From an uncultured bacterium (lineage in GTDB: Bacteria; Krumholzibacteriota; Krumholzibacteriia; LZORAL124-64-63): DNA of 64,000 nt. Position 1 is the first letter of the stretch. Every line of letters starts with the position of its first letter. The position numbers and the translations under genes are program-made. The notes beneath the pieces are model-generated. The model was not told where the DNA came from and searched no databases. It saw nothing but the letters and a program-made list of their open reading frames with translations. This document shows positions 27,059-35,971 of this stretch, piece after piece. The stretch is from the NCBI GenBank assembly GCA_937910695.1, contig CALEMW010000054.1, positions 13,831 to 77,830 of the forward strand. Direction: 5' to 3'.

Positions 27059-28515
27059 GATTCCTCCGAGGTCAGGCCGGGAACGGCGGTCAGCGGCAGC
27101 ATGGGCGAAACGCCGATGGCCTTCTTGAGCTGGGCGGTGAGGGTGAGCACGTCGTAACGCGCCTGGATCAGATTGGAACGGGCTTGGGCCCTTCCGGATT
27201 CGGATTGCAGCACGGTGAGGTAGTCGGCCAGACCTTCGCGCATCATCATGGTGCTGGTGTCGATGAGTTCCTCGGCCCGTTCCATGTTCAGCTCGGCTGC
27301 CGTGAGGTTTTCGCGGGCGGCGATCAACCCGTCGATCACATCGAGGATTTCAACGCGCACCTGTCGCACCAGTCCGTTGCGTTCGGCCTCGGTACGCAGG
27401 ATCGAGGCCGAGGTCTGCTGCACGAGTCCCTTGGTGAGCAGACCGTCGAACAGCGGCACGTTGAGCGACACCGAAGCGTTCCAGAAGTCGTGCCCGACGT
27501 CGTCGAGATCCTTGATGGCCTTCCCTACATATCCGTAGCTGCTGTTGACGGCGAAATACGGACGCATGTCGGCCTTCTGGGCCTTGCGGTTCTGGCGCAA
27601 CAGGTCGCCCATGACGTCGAGCTGGGCCACGTCGGGGCGCTGCTCGGCCATGGCGACGGCCTTGTCTTTGATGAGTTCGTCGAGTTCCACTACCTGTTCG
27701 GTGCGGATGCTCAGAGGCGATTCGGGGTCGCGCCCCATCAGCGCGTTCAGCTGCGCACCAGCCAGGCCCACGCCCTGCCGGGCCTGCCTCAGCCGCGGTT
27801 CGATGTTGGCCACCGCCACGGCCGCCTGCAAAGTATCGAGCCGACTGACCAGACCCATGTCGTGACGCAGCCGCACGATGTCGAGGAATTCGCGCTGGTT
27901 GGCCAGCTCGGCCTCCACGGCCCGCGACTGCTCCTGGGCCAGGACGATGCCGTGGTATGCGGATACGACCTGTTCCTCCACCGCGAAGCGCGTCTGGTCA
28001 AGGATCAGCTCCTGGCGCCGGATCCCCTGGCCCGCGGCCCCCACCGCACCGATGATCTTCACCGGGTTGATGGTCCAGCTCAGGTTCAGGCTCGTGCGCC
28101 AGAAGGTCTGGGCCGGGATGTCCTGGGGGTCGGGCAGGAAGTCGAAACCGGCCAGCAGTGTGTCCAGGGGACTGGTGCCGATCTCGCCCGAGCCGTCGCC
28201 GCCGAAGGTGGAGTCGAGGGCGAAGCTCGGGTCCCGCGAGCGATTCCAGGCACCCGTCACGTCGATGGTCGGCAGACCCGTCGACAGGGCCTGGTTCATC
28301 TGACCGTCGAGTTCCTTGCGACGGAACCGTTCCGCCGTGAGCTGGTCGTTTTTGGACACGGCCTCACGCACACAGGCTTCGAGGTCGAGCACATCGGAGG
28401 CGCCGGGTCTGGCCGCAATCACGCCCCGTTCCGGCTCCTCGGCTACAGCCCCCGTCGCCAGCCACAAGGCCACGACCAGGAGACCACCATTGATCCACGT
28501 CGTTTTCATCGTCAT
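27055..28515 (-). CDS. TolC-family outer membrane efflux protein (OMF)
   Basis: Signal peptide. Paired alpha-helical/beta repeats typical of OMF. 4-nt overlaps on both sides. Confidence 0.8.
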   Translation of the reverse strand: MTMKTTWINGGLLVVALWLATGAVAEEPERGVIAARPGASDVLDLEACVREAVSKNDQLTAERFRRKELDGQMNQALSTGLPTIDVTGAWNRSRDPSFALDSTFGGDGSGEIGTSPLDTLLAGFDFLPDPQDIPAQTFWRTSLNLSWTINPVKIIGAVGAAGQGIRRQELILDQTRFAVEEQVVSAYHGIVLAQEQSRAVEAELANQREFLDIVRLRHDMGLVSRLDTLQAAVAVANIEPRLRQARQGVGLAGAQLNALMGRDPESPLSIRTEQVVELDELIKDKAVAMAEQRPDVAQLDVMGDLLRQNRKAQKADMRPYFAVNSSYGYVGKAIKDLDDVGHDFWNASVSLNVPLFDGLLTKGLVQQTSASILRTEAERNGLVRQVRVEILDVIDGLIAARENLTAAELNMERAEELIDTSTMMMREGLADYLTVLQSESGRAQARSNLIQARYDVLTLTAQLKKAIGVSPMLPLTAVPGLTSEES

Positions 28516-29114
28516 CCTTCCGAAGGTCGGGCCAGCAGGCCGTTGATCACGAACGCCTTGAGTTCGCGGACGAAGGCCTCGTCCGCATCGATCCGGGAAT
28601 TCTTGAAGAGCTGGGGCAGAATGCAGAAGAGCGAGTCCATCATCATGCCGATGATCAACGTCAGCTTCACCGCATGGACGGGTCGGAATTCACCGCTGGC
28701 CGACCCCATGGCGATGGCGGCGCCGAGAGCGGCGAACATGGGCTTGCAGCTGTCGTCGTTGAAAGCCTCGTCGACGGCCTGCATGGATTCGTCGTTCTCG
28801 AAGATCACCGCGAAAATGGGCGTGGCCTGGCAGCTGGTAATGTACTGATCGATGTAACGTTCGATCTGCACCGCGGCCGAGGTTTCATCGCGCACGGCCT
28901 CCTGCCACTCGAGAGTGAAGGCGGTGGCCATGTGCAGCACGAGCCGTCCGAAGAAGTCCTTCTTGTCGTCGAACTCCTCGTAGAAGGTGCGTTTGGACAA
29001 ACCCGCCTCACGGCAGATCTCCTCGATGGTTGTTTTGCGGTAACCGAAGCGGTTGAAGATCGGCAGGGCGGCAGCGAACAGCTCTGCCTTGCGATCCGGG
29101 TCCATCGGGCACAT
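28512..29114 (-). CDS. TetR/AcrR family transcriptional regulator
   Basis: N-terminal HTH 'TIEEICREAGLSKRTFYEEFDDKKDFF'. First gene of the efflux operon. Confidence 0.8.
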   Translation of the reverse strand: MCPMDPDRKAELFAAALPIFNRFGYRKTTIEEICREAGLSKRTFYEEFDDKKDFFGRLVLHMATAFTLEWQEAVRDETSAAVQIERYIDQYITSCQATPIFAVIFENDESMQAVDEAFNDDSCKPMFAALGAAIAMGSASGEFRPVHAVKLTLIIGMMMDSLFCILPQLFKNSRIDADEAFVRELKAFVINGLLARPSEG

Positions 29115-29316
29115 CTCTGACTTCCCTTACTGAAACAGAGAAACGTTTATACTTTTATCGTTTCATCGAGGAGCAAGATAATGACGGCGAGCGACGCCGT
29201 CAACCTGCAAGTCCGTGGTTTACGGGAAAACAAGAGCAGGGTTGCACGAAAATTCCGTGACGGCGTCTGCCGCCGCCGCCTATGATTCCCCGAACCCCAG
29301 CCCCGGAGAGCTGTTC

Positions 29317-29682
29317 ATGTCGACTCATCACGTCGCCCTGGTCGTGGCCCTGCTGGCCAACGCCGTCGCCAACATCCTGATCAAGTACGGCATGCGCACC
29401 CAGCAGATCGACCTCGCCAACCCGGGCCAGGCCCTGCTGGCCATCCTGACCAACGTGCCGGTCATGCTGGGCGTGACCCTCTTTGCGGTGAACGTGCTGG
29501 CCTATTCATACGTTTTGACGAGGATTCCCCTATCGACTGCCTACCCGATCATGACGTCGGTGGGGTTCTTGATCGTCATCTCGGCGTCGTTGTTCATGCT
29601 CGGCGAAAAGATGAGCGGGGGCCAGTTCGCGGGGGTCGGGCTGATCCTCTGCGGTGTGATTCTCGTGGCCAAGGGCCTCTGA
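29317..29682 (+). CDS. Small 4-TM EamA/SMR-like membrane protein (ArnE/ArnF-like flippase subunit candidate)
   Basis: 121 aa, four hydrophobic helices. Followed by an NAD-dependent sugar epimerase gene. Confidence 0.55.
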   Translation: MSTHHVALVVALLANAVANILIKYGMRTQQIDLANPGQALLAILTNVPVMLGVTLFAVNVLAYSYVLTRIPLSTAYPIMTSVGFLIVISASLFMLGEKMSGGQFAGVGLILCGVILVAKGL

Positions 29683-29753
29683 TTCCTGGCTTTTCTGCCT
29701 TCAATCCCCATGTTTTGTCTCGATCGGTCCCCTGACGGGACCCAACCGGACCA

Positions 29754-30824
29754 ATGTCGGAGGATATGACCGTGAATGAGACGACCGGAACGAGGGTAAT
29801 GGTGACCGGCGGCGCCGGGTTCCTGGGCATCAACCTGGTGCGCTATCTGCTGGACCGCGGCCACGAAGTGACCTCTCTGGACCTCATGCCCTTCGACTAC
29901 CCGGAGCGCGACCGCATCCGCGAGGTCATCGGCGACATCCGCAACCGCGCGGACGTGGACCGGGCGATGGAAGGCGCCGACCTTGTCGTCCATTGCGCCG
30001 CGGCCCTGCCTCTGTACAAGGCCGAGGATATCTTCAGCACCGACATCGACGGCACCCGAACAGTCTTCGAAGCAGCCCATGCCGACGGCATACCGCGTGT
30101 GGTGCATGTTTCCTCGACGGCTGTCTACGGCATCCCCGACCACCATCCTCTGGTTGAAGACGATCCCCTGGACGGAGTCGGCCCCTACGGTATTTCCAAG
30201 GTGAAGGCCGAGGACGAATGCGCCGCTTTCCGCGCCAAGGGCATGGTCGTGCCCATTATCCGACCCAAGTCGTTCATCGGACCTGAGCGCCTGGGCGTGT
30301 TCGCCCTGTTCTACGACTGGGCCAAGGACGGCCGCAACTTCCCGATGATCGGCAGCGGCAACAACCGCTACCAGCTGTGCGACGTCGAGGACGTGTGCCA
30401 AGGCATTTATCTGTGCCTGACCGGTCCGGCCGAGAAGGTCGACGACGTGTTCAACATCGGGGCCCGGGAATTCACCACCATGAAGGAAGACTATCAGGCG
30501 GTCCTCGACGACGCCGGCTTCGGCCGCCGCATCATCGGCTTCCCCGCCTCGCCGGTGATCTGGACGCTGCGGTTCCTCGAGATGCTCAAGCTTTCGCCCC
30601 TTTACAAATGGGTCTATGAGACGGCCTGCGAGGATTCGTTCGTTTCGATCGAAAAGGCCGAGACCGTACTCGGATATGATCCTCTGCATTCGAACAAGGA
30701 CGCCCTGGTTAGAAATTATCGTTGGTATCTTGAGAACCTCGAATCGTTCGAAGGAGCTTCAGGAGTGTCGCATCGGGTACCTTGGAAACAGGGAATCCTG
30801 AGACTGTTCAAGATATTTTTCTGA
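29754..30824 (+). CDS. NAD-dependent epimerase/dehydratase (extended SDR family)
   Basis: 'VMVTGGAGFLGINLVRYLL' Rossmann GxxGxxG. 'YGISK' YxxxK catalytic motif. Start may be 29754 or 29799. Confidence 0.8.
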   Translation: MSEDMTVNETTGTRVMVTGGAGFLGINLVRYLLDRGHEVTSLDLMPFDYPERDRIREVIGDIRNRADVDRAMEGADLVVHCAAALPLYKAEDIFSTDIDGTRTVFEAAHADGIPRVVHVSSTAVYGIPDHHPLVEDDPLDGVGPYGISKVKAEDECAAFRAKGMVVPIIRPKSFIGPERLGVFALFYDWAKDGRNFPMIGSGNNRYQLCDVEDVCQGIYLCLTGPAEKVDDVFNIGAREFTTMKEDYQAVLDDAGFGRRIIGFPASPVIWTLRFLEMLKLSPLYKWVYETACEDSFVSIEKAETVLGYDPLHSNKDALVRNYRWYLENLESFEGASGVSHRVPWKQGILRLFKIFF

Positions 30825-30999
30825 GCCGATCTGCCAATACATATCAATATTGCATGCTATTCCCTGAATTTGGGCGTCGTGACAATATTCACAAAATAGA
30901 CACACTTTGTGTTGATTTTATTATGTCAAAGATGTTAGGATCTCATCTACAAAGTCCCGGTCTATCCAGACTACAAAATGATCCCTGGAGGGAACACCC

Positions 31000-31920
31000 A
31001 TGCGTAAACTGCTACTGATCGTCGCGATCGCGGCTCTCGCCACCGGCGCGGCCCTGGCCAAGGCTCCTCTCGAGAAGCCGGTCCAGACCTACGTGTCCAA
31101 CAGCCGCGCGGCCGAAGTCGAGCCCAACGACGACTACCTGTCCGCCAACACCCTGACCGCCGGTGACGACATGAACGCCGCCATCGACGTCGCGGGCGAC
31201 CTGGACTTCTTCGCCGTCACCGTGGGCGCCGGCGATACCTACGACTTCGAGACCCTGCCGGGCGACGCGGGCGACACCAAGATGTGGCTGATCGACGTGG
31301 ACGGCGTGACCGAACTCGTCTTCAACGACGACGGCGGTACCGGCTACTACTCCCTGATCAACTACAACTTCGCCGCCGCCGGCACCTACTTCATCAAGAT
31401 CAGCCACTACAGCGCCAGCGGCACCGGCACTTACATCTTGACCGCCACCGCGGCCGCGCCGCCGCCGCCCCCGCCGGCCAACGACACCTGTGCCGGCGCG
31501 ATCGCCATCGGTTACGGCGCCTTCTCCATCGACGGCGACCTGACCGGTGCAGTGAACGACTACAGTCCTGGATCCGGCGGCTGCACGGGCTACAGCGCCA
31601 ACGGTGCCGACGTGGTCTACGCATTCGGTCTCGAGGCCGGCGAGGCCTTCGACGTCACCATGACGACCGACGGCTTCGACGACTCCATCTACCTGGTCAC
31701 CGACTGCGGCGACCCCGTGCTGTCCTGCGTGGCCGGCGCCGACGCCTATCCCGACGGCTCGACCTTCAGCTTCACGGCTCCGGCCGACATGCAGCTGTAC
31801 CTGATCGTCGACGCCTACAGCGGTGCCGGCGGCGTGTACAACATCACGGGCTTCAACGGAGGCAACGTGATCGGCAACGAGGAAGGCAGCTTCAGCTCCA
31901 TGAAGGCCAGCTTCCGCTAG
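31000..31920 (+). CDS. Secreted protein with an N-terminal PPC domain, poly-Pro linker and a second PPC-like domain
   Basis: Signal peptide. 'EVEPNDDYLSANTL...GDLDFFAVTV' PPC signature. 'AAPPPPPPAND' linker. Preceded by a 175-bp AT-rich promoter region. Confidence 0.6.
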   Translation: MRKLLLIVAIAALATGAALAKAPLEKPVQTYVSNSRAAEVEPNDDYLSANTLTAGDDMNAAIDVAGDLDFFAVTVGAGDTYDFETLPGDAGDTKMWLIDVDGVTELVFNDDGGTGYYSLINYNFAAAGTYFIKISHYSASGTGTYILTATAAAPPPPPPANDTCAGAIAIGYGAFSIDGDLTGAVNDYSPGSGGCTGYSANGADVVYAFGLEAGEAFDVTMTTDGFDDSIYLVTDCGDPVLSCVAGADAYPDGSTFSFTAPADMQLYLIVDAYSGAGGVYNITGFNGGNVIGNEEGSFSSMKASFR

Positions 31921-31960
31921 ACGAACCGAACCCTGCGGGGTGAGGAGACCAAACACAGAC

Positions 31961-31990
31961 GAGGCCCCTGCTCTGCGGAGCGGGGGCCTC
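31961..31990 (+). terminator. GC-rich hairpin downstream of the PPC-protein gene
   Basis: 'GAGGCCCCtGCTC tgcg GAGCgGGGGCCTC'. Confidence 0.4.
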
Positions 31991-32101
31991 GTTGCGTGAC
32001 AGGCGGAGGCTCCAACCCTGAGCCGCACGTTAGAATGCCCCTTATTGATCGTACCTGTTCGGCGAGTTATTGCGGCCCTATTCCTATCGAAACCGGAGAT
32101 C

Positions 32102-35100
32102 ATGATGATCACAGCATTCGCCGTTCTGGCCTTGTCTGCAGCGATCACGGCAGCCGGCGGCTCCATGACCGGCAAACCCAGAGTCGTTCCCGCCGACGAT
32201 ACCCACGTATTTGTGGCCCACGGCCCCGCCGTCGCCAAGAGCGACACCGTCACCCTGTTCGGCGGGCCCCTGCGCAACGACGGGAAGTTCCAGGACGACT
32301 TCAATCCGGCGCTGCCGGATTTCGAAGGCTGGACGGGAGTGGACATGAGGGCCGTCACCGTTTCCCGCTGGCACATCGACACCTTCAACTCCCCCACGGG
32401 CACCGCCGCCGCCTGGTGCGGCGAGATGTTCGAGAGCTGCGATGTCGATGATCCGCCCGAGGGCTACGGCAATAGCTACGAAGAGTACCTGGAATGGACC
32501 GGCCGGGTCGCGGATCCCGACCTCCCGACGAACATGACGGTGAGCTTCACGCTGAACTACGACAACGAGCCGGGGTACGACTACCTGTACCTGCAATCTC
32601 TCGGTGCCGCCGGCTGGAACGTCGTGGCCACCTACAACGGCAGCACCCTTCTCGAGGGAACGGGTTTCTTCCAACCTGTGTCGCCCGTCCTGAGCTTCAC
32701 CGTTCCGGCCTCCGATCTCGGCGGCGACGACGGCGACGAAATCCGGTTGCGGTTCCGCGCGACCTCGGACGGTGGGTGGGCCGATTCCGATTGTCTGTGG
32801 CCCACGTCCGGGCTGGCGCAGGTCGATGATGTCGCTGTGAGCGGGGACAATGGATTGGTCGCGACCTTCGACGACTTCGAGAACGGACTGGAGGGTGCGA
32901 GCTGGGCCCTGGGCTTCCCTATCGGTTACGGGAACTTCACGAAGATCTGGCCCCTGCTCGACGACCTCGATCCCTGTGTGCAGAACGATACGCCGCAGGC
33001 GGCGTTCATCGACGATGGGGTGGTGGTGCCCTGCACCGGTGGGACGTTGGGAACGTCCTGGACCTACGGCCCCGGGGGCTTCGTCGTCAACATGACCGGC
33101 GGCTGTGCAGGTCCGACGATGCACGGCTGGAACGAGATCTGGTCGCCGGCGATCGCCTGGGTGGATCCGGCGACGGGAATCGAGCTCGGCAGGACGCATC
33201 GCGGCGGCAGGTTGGAATATGGGATCTGGCCACATCTGCCGATCTCAAACGGGTGCTTCTATCTATGGCATGTTCGCTCGTCTTCCGATCATGGGATGAC
33301 ATGGACGGATTGGATGGATCGCAACTACGTCTATTACGGATCGACATCATACCAACGTGACTCGAGAGACGTCACCGATCTCGTCGTCGACAACCCGACC
33401 CATATCCAAGTGGCTCTCGGTTTCAGGGAGTTGGGGTGGATCTGGCCGATCTACCATGACCCGACCCCCGCCCCCTACTTCGACAACATCCGCTTCGACG
33501 TCTTCACCCTGACCGGTCCCACCCTCGCCGCCCAGGCCGACCTGCTCGCCCAGGACGCCTTCCCCGCCTCGGGCGTGCTCGACTTCGCCGAGCTCGCCGC
33601 CAACTCCATACGCTTCGACTGTGCCCGGGATCTCATAGAGGACGCAGCCACCGCCATCATGCCCGGCGACTCGCTTGTCTGCAGCGTCGCCTCCCATCGC
33701 CCGGGCGCCGTCCTCACCCAACCGCCCCGCCTGTACTACACCATGAAGCCGAACCCCCTGTTCGACCCCTGCCGGGAGCACCCGACGAGAGGCTGGGTCG
33801 TCGGAGACTCGGCGCGCACCGCGGCCGGCGAGGCCGTGCCCGATCTCTGGGCCTTCGACCTGCCCGACACCGGCTTCTTCTTCCCCGGCGACGTGATCCA
33901 CTACCTGTTCCACGCCGAGGACGACGTGGGCGGCGACGTCGAAGCCACGACCCTGCCCGCCTCGACCGTCGGCTTCGACGTGTTCCCCGGCGACCCCGGC
34001 TACGACCCGCTGCTCTGGCCCGCCGAGTTCACGGTGCGCGGGCTGCCGACGATGACCGGTTCCGAGCCCGGCGATCAGCCTACGGTGCTGCTGTGGGACG
34101 ACGGCGGGACGCGTCCGGACGCAGAGCGCTGGGAACCGGTCATGGCCGAGCTCGGCTACGACCTGGGCGTGCACTTCGATCTGTACCGGACCCAGGCCGC
34201 TTCGTCGGGCGTGAGCAACGGGCTGGGGTCGCGGGCGACGGTCGATCAGATCGCCGGTTACGAGACGGTCCTCTACTCCTGCGGGGATCAGGGGTCCTAC
34301 ACCCTCAACCATGTGAGCCGATACGGCGACAAGTCCGACGATCTCGGCCTGCTGGACGGCTGGTTGCCGCTGGGAGGCAATCTGCTGGTCTCGGGTGACA
34401 ACGTGGTGTACGACCTGGACAGGGGCCAGGGAGCAGCCGGCGACGCATTCGCCGCGGACTGGATCTCGGCCGCCTACATCGCCCCTGCGATCGAGGACCT
34501 CATCGATGGTCAGCTTGCACCGCTGATCATTGCCATCCCCGGCAACCCCGCCGGCCTCGCCCTGCCCTTCACCGTCTACGGCGACTGTCCCGGCCGCCGG
34601 CGCTTCAACGCCTTCGAGCCCGCAGGCGACGCGTTCGCCCTGGCGGAGTGGACCGATCCGTATGGCCAGGGCGGCGTCTATCCTTATGCCGCCGTCCTCG
34701 CCCATGAGACGGCGGGATCGCGCATCGTGACCATCGCCGCCGATCTGTCTGCCTGGATCGATCAGGACGGCGGGGCGGTGTCTCGACTCCACGCCCTCGC
34801 TTCGCTGCTCCAGTGGTTCGGGGAGCCGGTGCCGGGCGGGTCGACCGGTGTGGAGGACACACCGCGAGCGCTCGCCGCCCGCGCCTATCCGAACCCGTTC
34901 AATCCGCAGACGACGATCGTCTTCGACGTGCCGCGGCGCGGGCGGGTGTCGGTGGCCGTGTACGACGTGCGCGGACGGCTGGTGCGGCAGTTGGCGGACG
35001 GGAAGTACGAGGCTGGTTCGGCCTACGAAGCGACATGGACCGGTGACGACGACACCGGGCGATCCGTGGCGACAGGAGCCTACTTTGTCGAAGTGCGAAC

Positions 35101-35143
35101 CGGCGGGGAGTCAGTGGTGGAGAAGGTCATGCTGGTAAGGTGA
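32102..35143 (+). CDS. Large (~1010 aa) secreted protein of unknown function with T9SS type-A/FlgD-Ig C-terminal sorting domain
   Basis: Signal peptide 'MMITAFAVLALSAAITAAGG'. C-terminus 'AYPNPFNPQTTIVFDVPRRGRVSVAVYDVRGRLVRQLADG...TGAYFVEVRTGG'. Confidence 0.7.
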   Translation: MMITAFAVLALSAAITAAGGSMTGKPRVVPADDTHVFVAHGPAVAKSDTVTLFGGPLRNDGKFQDDFNPALPDFEGWTGVDMRAVTVSRWHIDTFNSPTGTAAAWCGEMFESCDVDDPPEGYGNSYEEYLEWTGRVADPDLPTNMTVSFTLNYDNEPGYDYLYLQSLGAAGWNVVATYNGSTLLEGTGFFQPVSPVLSFTVPASDLGGDDGDEIRLRFRATSDGGWADSDCLWPTSGLAQVDDVAVSGDNGLVATFDDFENGLEGASWALGFPIGYGNFTKIWPLLDDLDPCVQNDTPQAAFIDDGVVVPCTGGTLGTSWTYGPGGFVVNMTGGCAGPTMHGWNEIWSPAIAWVDPATGIELGRTHRGGRLEYGIWPHLPISNGCFYLWHVRSSSDHGMTWTDWMDRNYVYYGSTSYQRDSRDVTDLVVDNPTHIQVALGFRELGWIWPIYHDPTPAPYFDNIRFDVFTLTGPTLAAQADLLAQDAFPASGVLDFAELAANSIRFDCARDLIEDAATAIMPGDSLVCSVASHRPGAVLTQPPRLYYTMKPNPLFDPCREHPTRGWVVGDSARTAAGEAVPDLWAFDLPDTGFFFPGDVIHYLFHAEDDVGGDVEATTLPASTVGFDVFPGDPGYDPLLWPAEFTVRGLPTMTGSEPGDQPTVLLWDDGGTRPDAERWEPVMAELGYDLGVHFDLYRTQAASSGVSNGLGSRATVDQIAGYETVLYSCGDQGSYTLNHVSRYGDKSDDLGLLDGWLPLGGNLLVSGDNVVYDLDRGQGAAGDAFAADWISAAYIAPAIEDLIDGQLAPLIIAIPGNPAGLALPFTVYGDCPGRRRFNAFEPAGDAFALAEWTDPYGQGGVYPYAAVLAHETAGSRIVTIAADLSAWIDQDGGAVSRLHALASLLQWFGEPVPGGSTGVEDTPRALAARAYPNPFNPQTTIVFDVPRRGRVSVAVYDVRGRLVRQLADGKYEAGSAYEATWTGDDDTGRSVATGAYFVEVRTGGESVVEKVMLVR

Positions 35144-35382
35144 TGGTGCCACTGACCGGACGATGAACGGATCAGTCCATCGAGAACACGCGAAACATAC
35201 GTATAGTCCTGTGATTACGTGCGTTGCGATCACGCCACCTGCAACATCTCCGCCATGATCGAGGCCCCCACCCCCCATCCATTTGTCTCGCCCTCCCCCC
35301 TGTCCGCATATTGATCCCAGACGCCCCACGTAAACGAAACCGTTGCGCGGGGCGTCTCTGTATCCAAGCGAGGGGAGATATC

Positions 35383-35970
35383 ATGAAACCCGAATGGAAA
35401 CGACACGATGACACGGAGCTCGCCAGACAGGCCCTGGCCGGACGCGACGGCGCCTGGCGGGAGATCTACGACCGGACATGCCAGCCCCTCTTCAACTTCC
35501 TCTGCTACCAGACCGGCGACCGTGACCGGGCGCGGGATCTCCTGCAGGAGACCTACGTGACGGCCATGGCCCGGATCGGGGACTACCGCGGCGAGGGCCG
35601 GCTCGACGGCTGGCTGCGGACCATCGCCCTGCGCAAGTGCCTGGACTGGCGACGGCGCGCGGCGACGAGGCTGAGGAAGCTGGGGGAGCTGGCCCGCGAA
35701 CTCCCCTCGCCTCTCGAACGATCTGCGGAGGAGGACACCGTCGTGCTGGGCGACTCCTTCGAAGAGGCACTCGCCGGCCTCTCCTCGAAGCAGCGCGCGG
35801 CGCTCCTTCTCCGCGAACTCGAAGATCTCCCGTTCCGCGACGTCGCGGCGGCCCTGGGCTGCAGCGAGGCCACGGCGCGGGTTCATCACCACCGGGCGTG
35901 CCGCAACATGCGGCGGCTGCTCGGGGAGGGCGTCGCGCTCGTCCCCGACGGCACCACAGGAGGTGCTTGA
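35383..35970 (+). CDS. ECF sigma factor
   Basis: 'RDLLQETYVTAMARIGDYRGEGRLDGWLRTIALRKCLD' (region 2). 'LPFRDVAAALGCSEATARVHHHRACRNMR' (region 4). Confidence 0.8.
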   Translation: MKPEWKRHDDTELARQALAGRDGAWREIYDRTCQPLFNFLCYQTGDRDRARDLLQETYVTAMARIGDYRGEGRLDGWLRTIALRKCLDWRRRAATRLRKLGELARELPSPLERSAEEDTVVLGDSFEEALAGLSSKQRAALLLRELEDLPFRDVAAALGCSEATARVHHHRACRNMRRLLGEGVALVPDGTTGGA

Positions 35971-35971
35971 G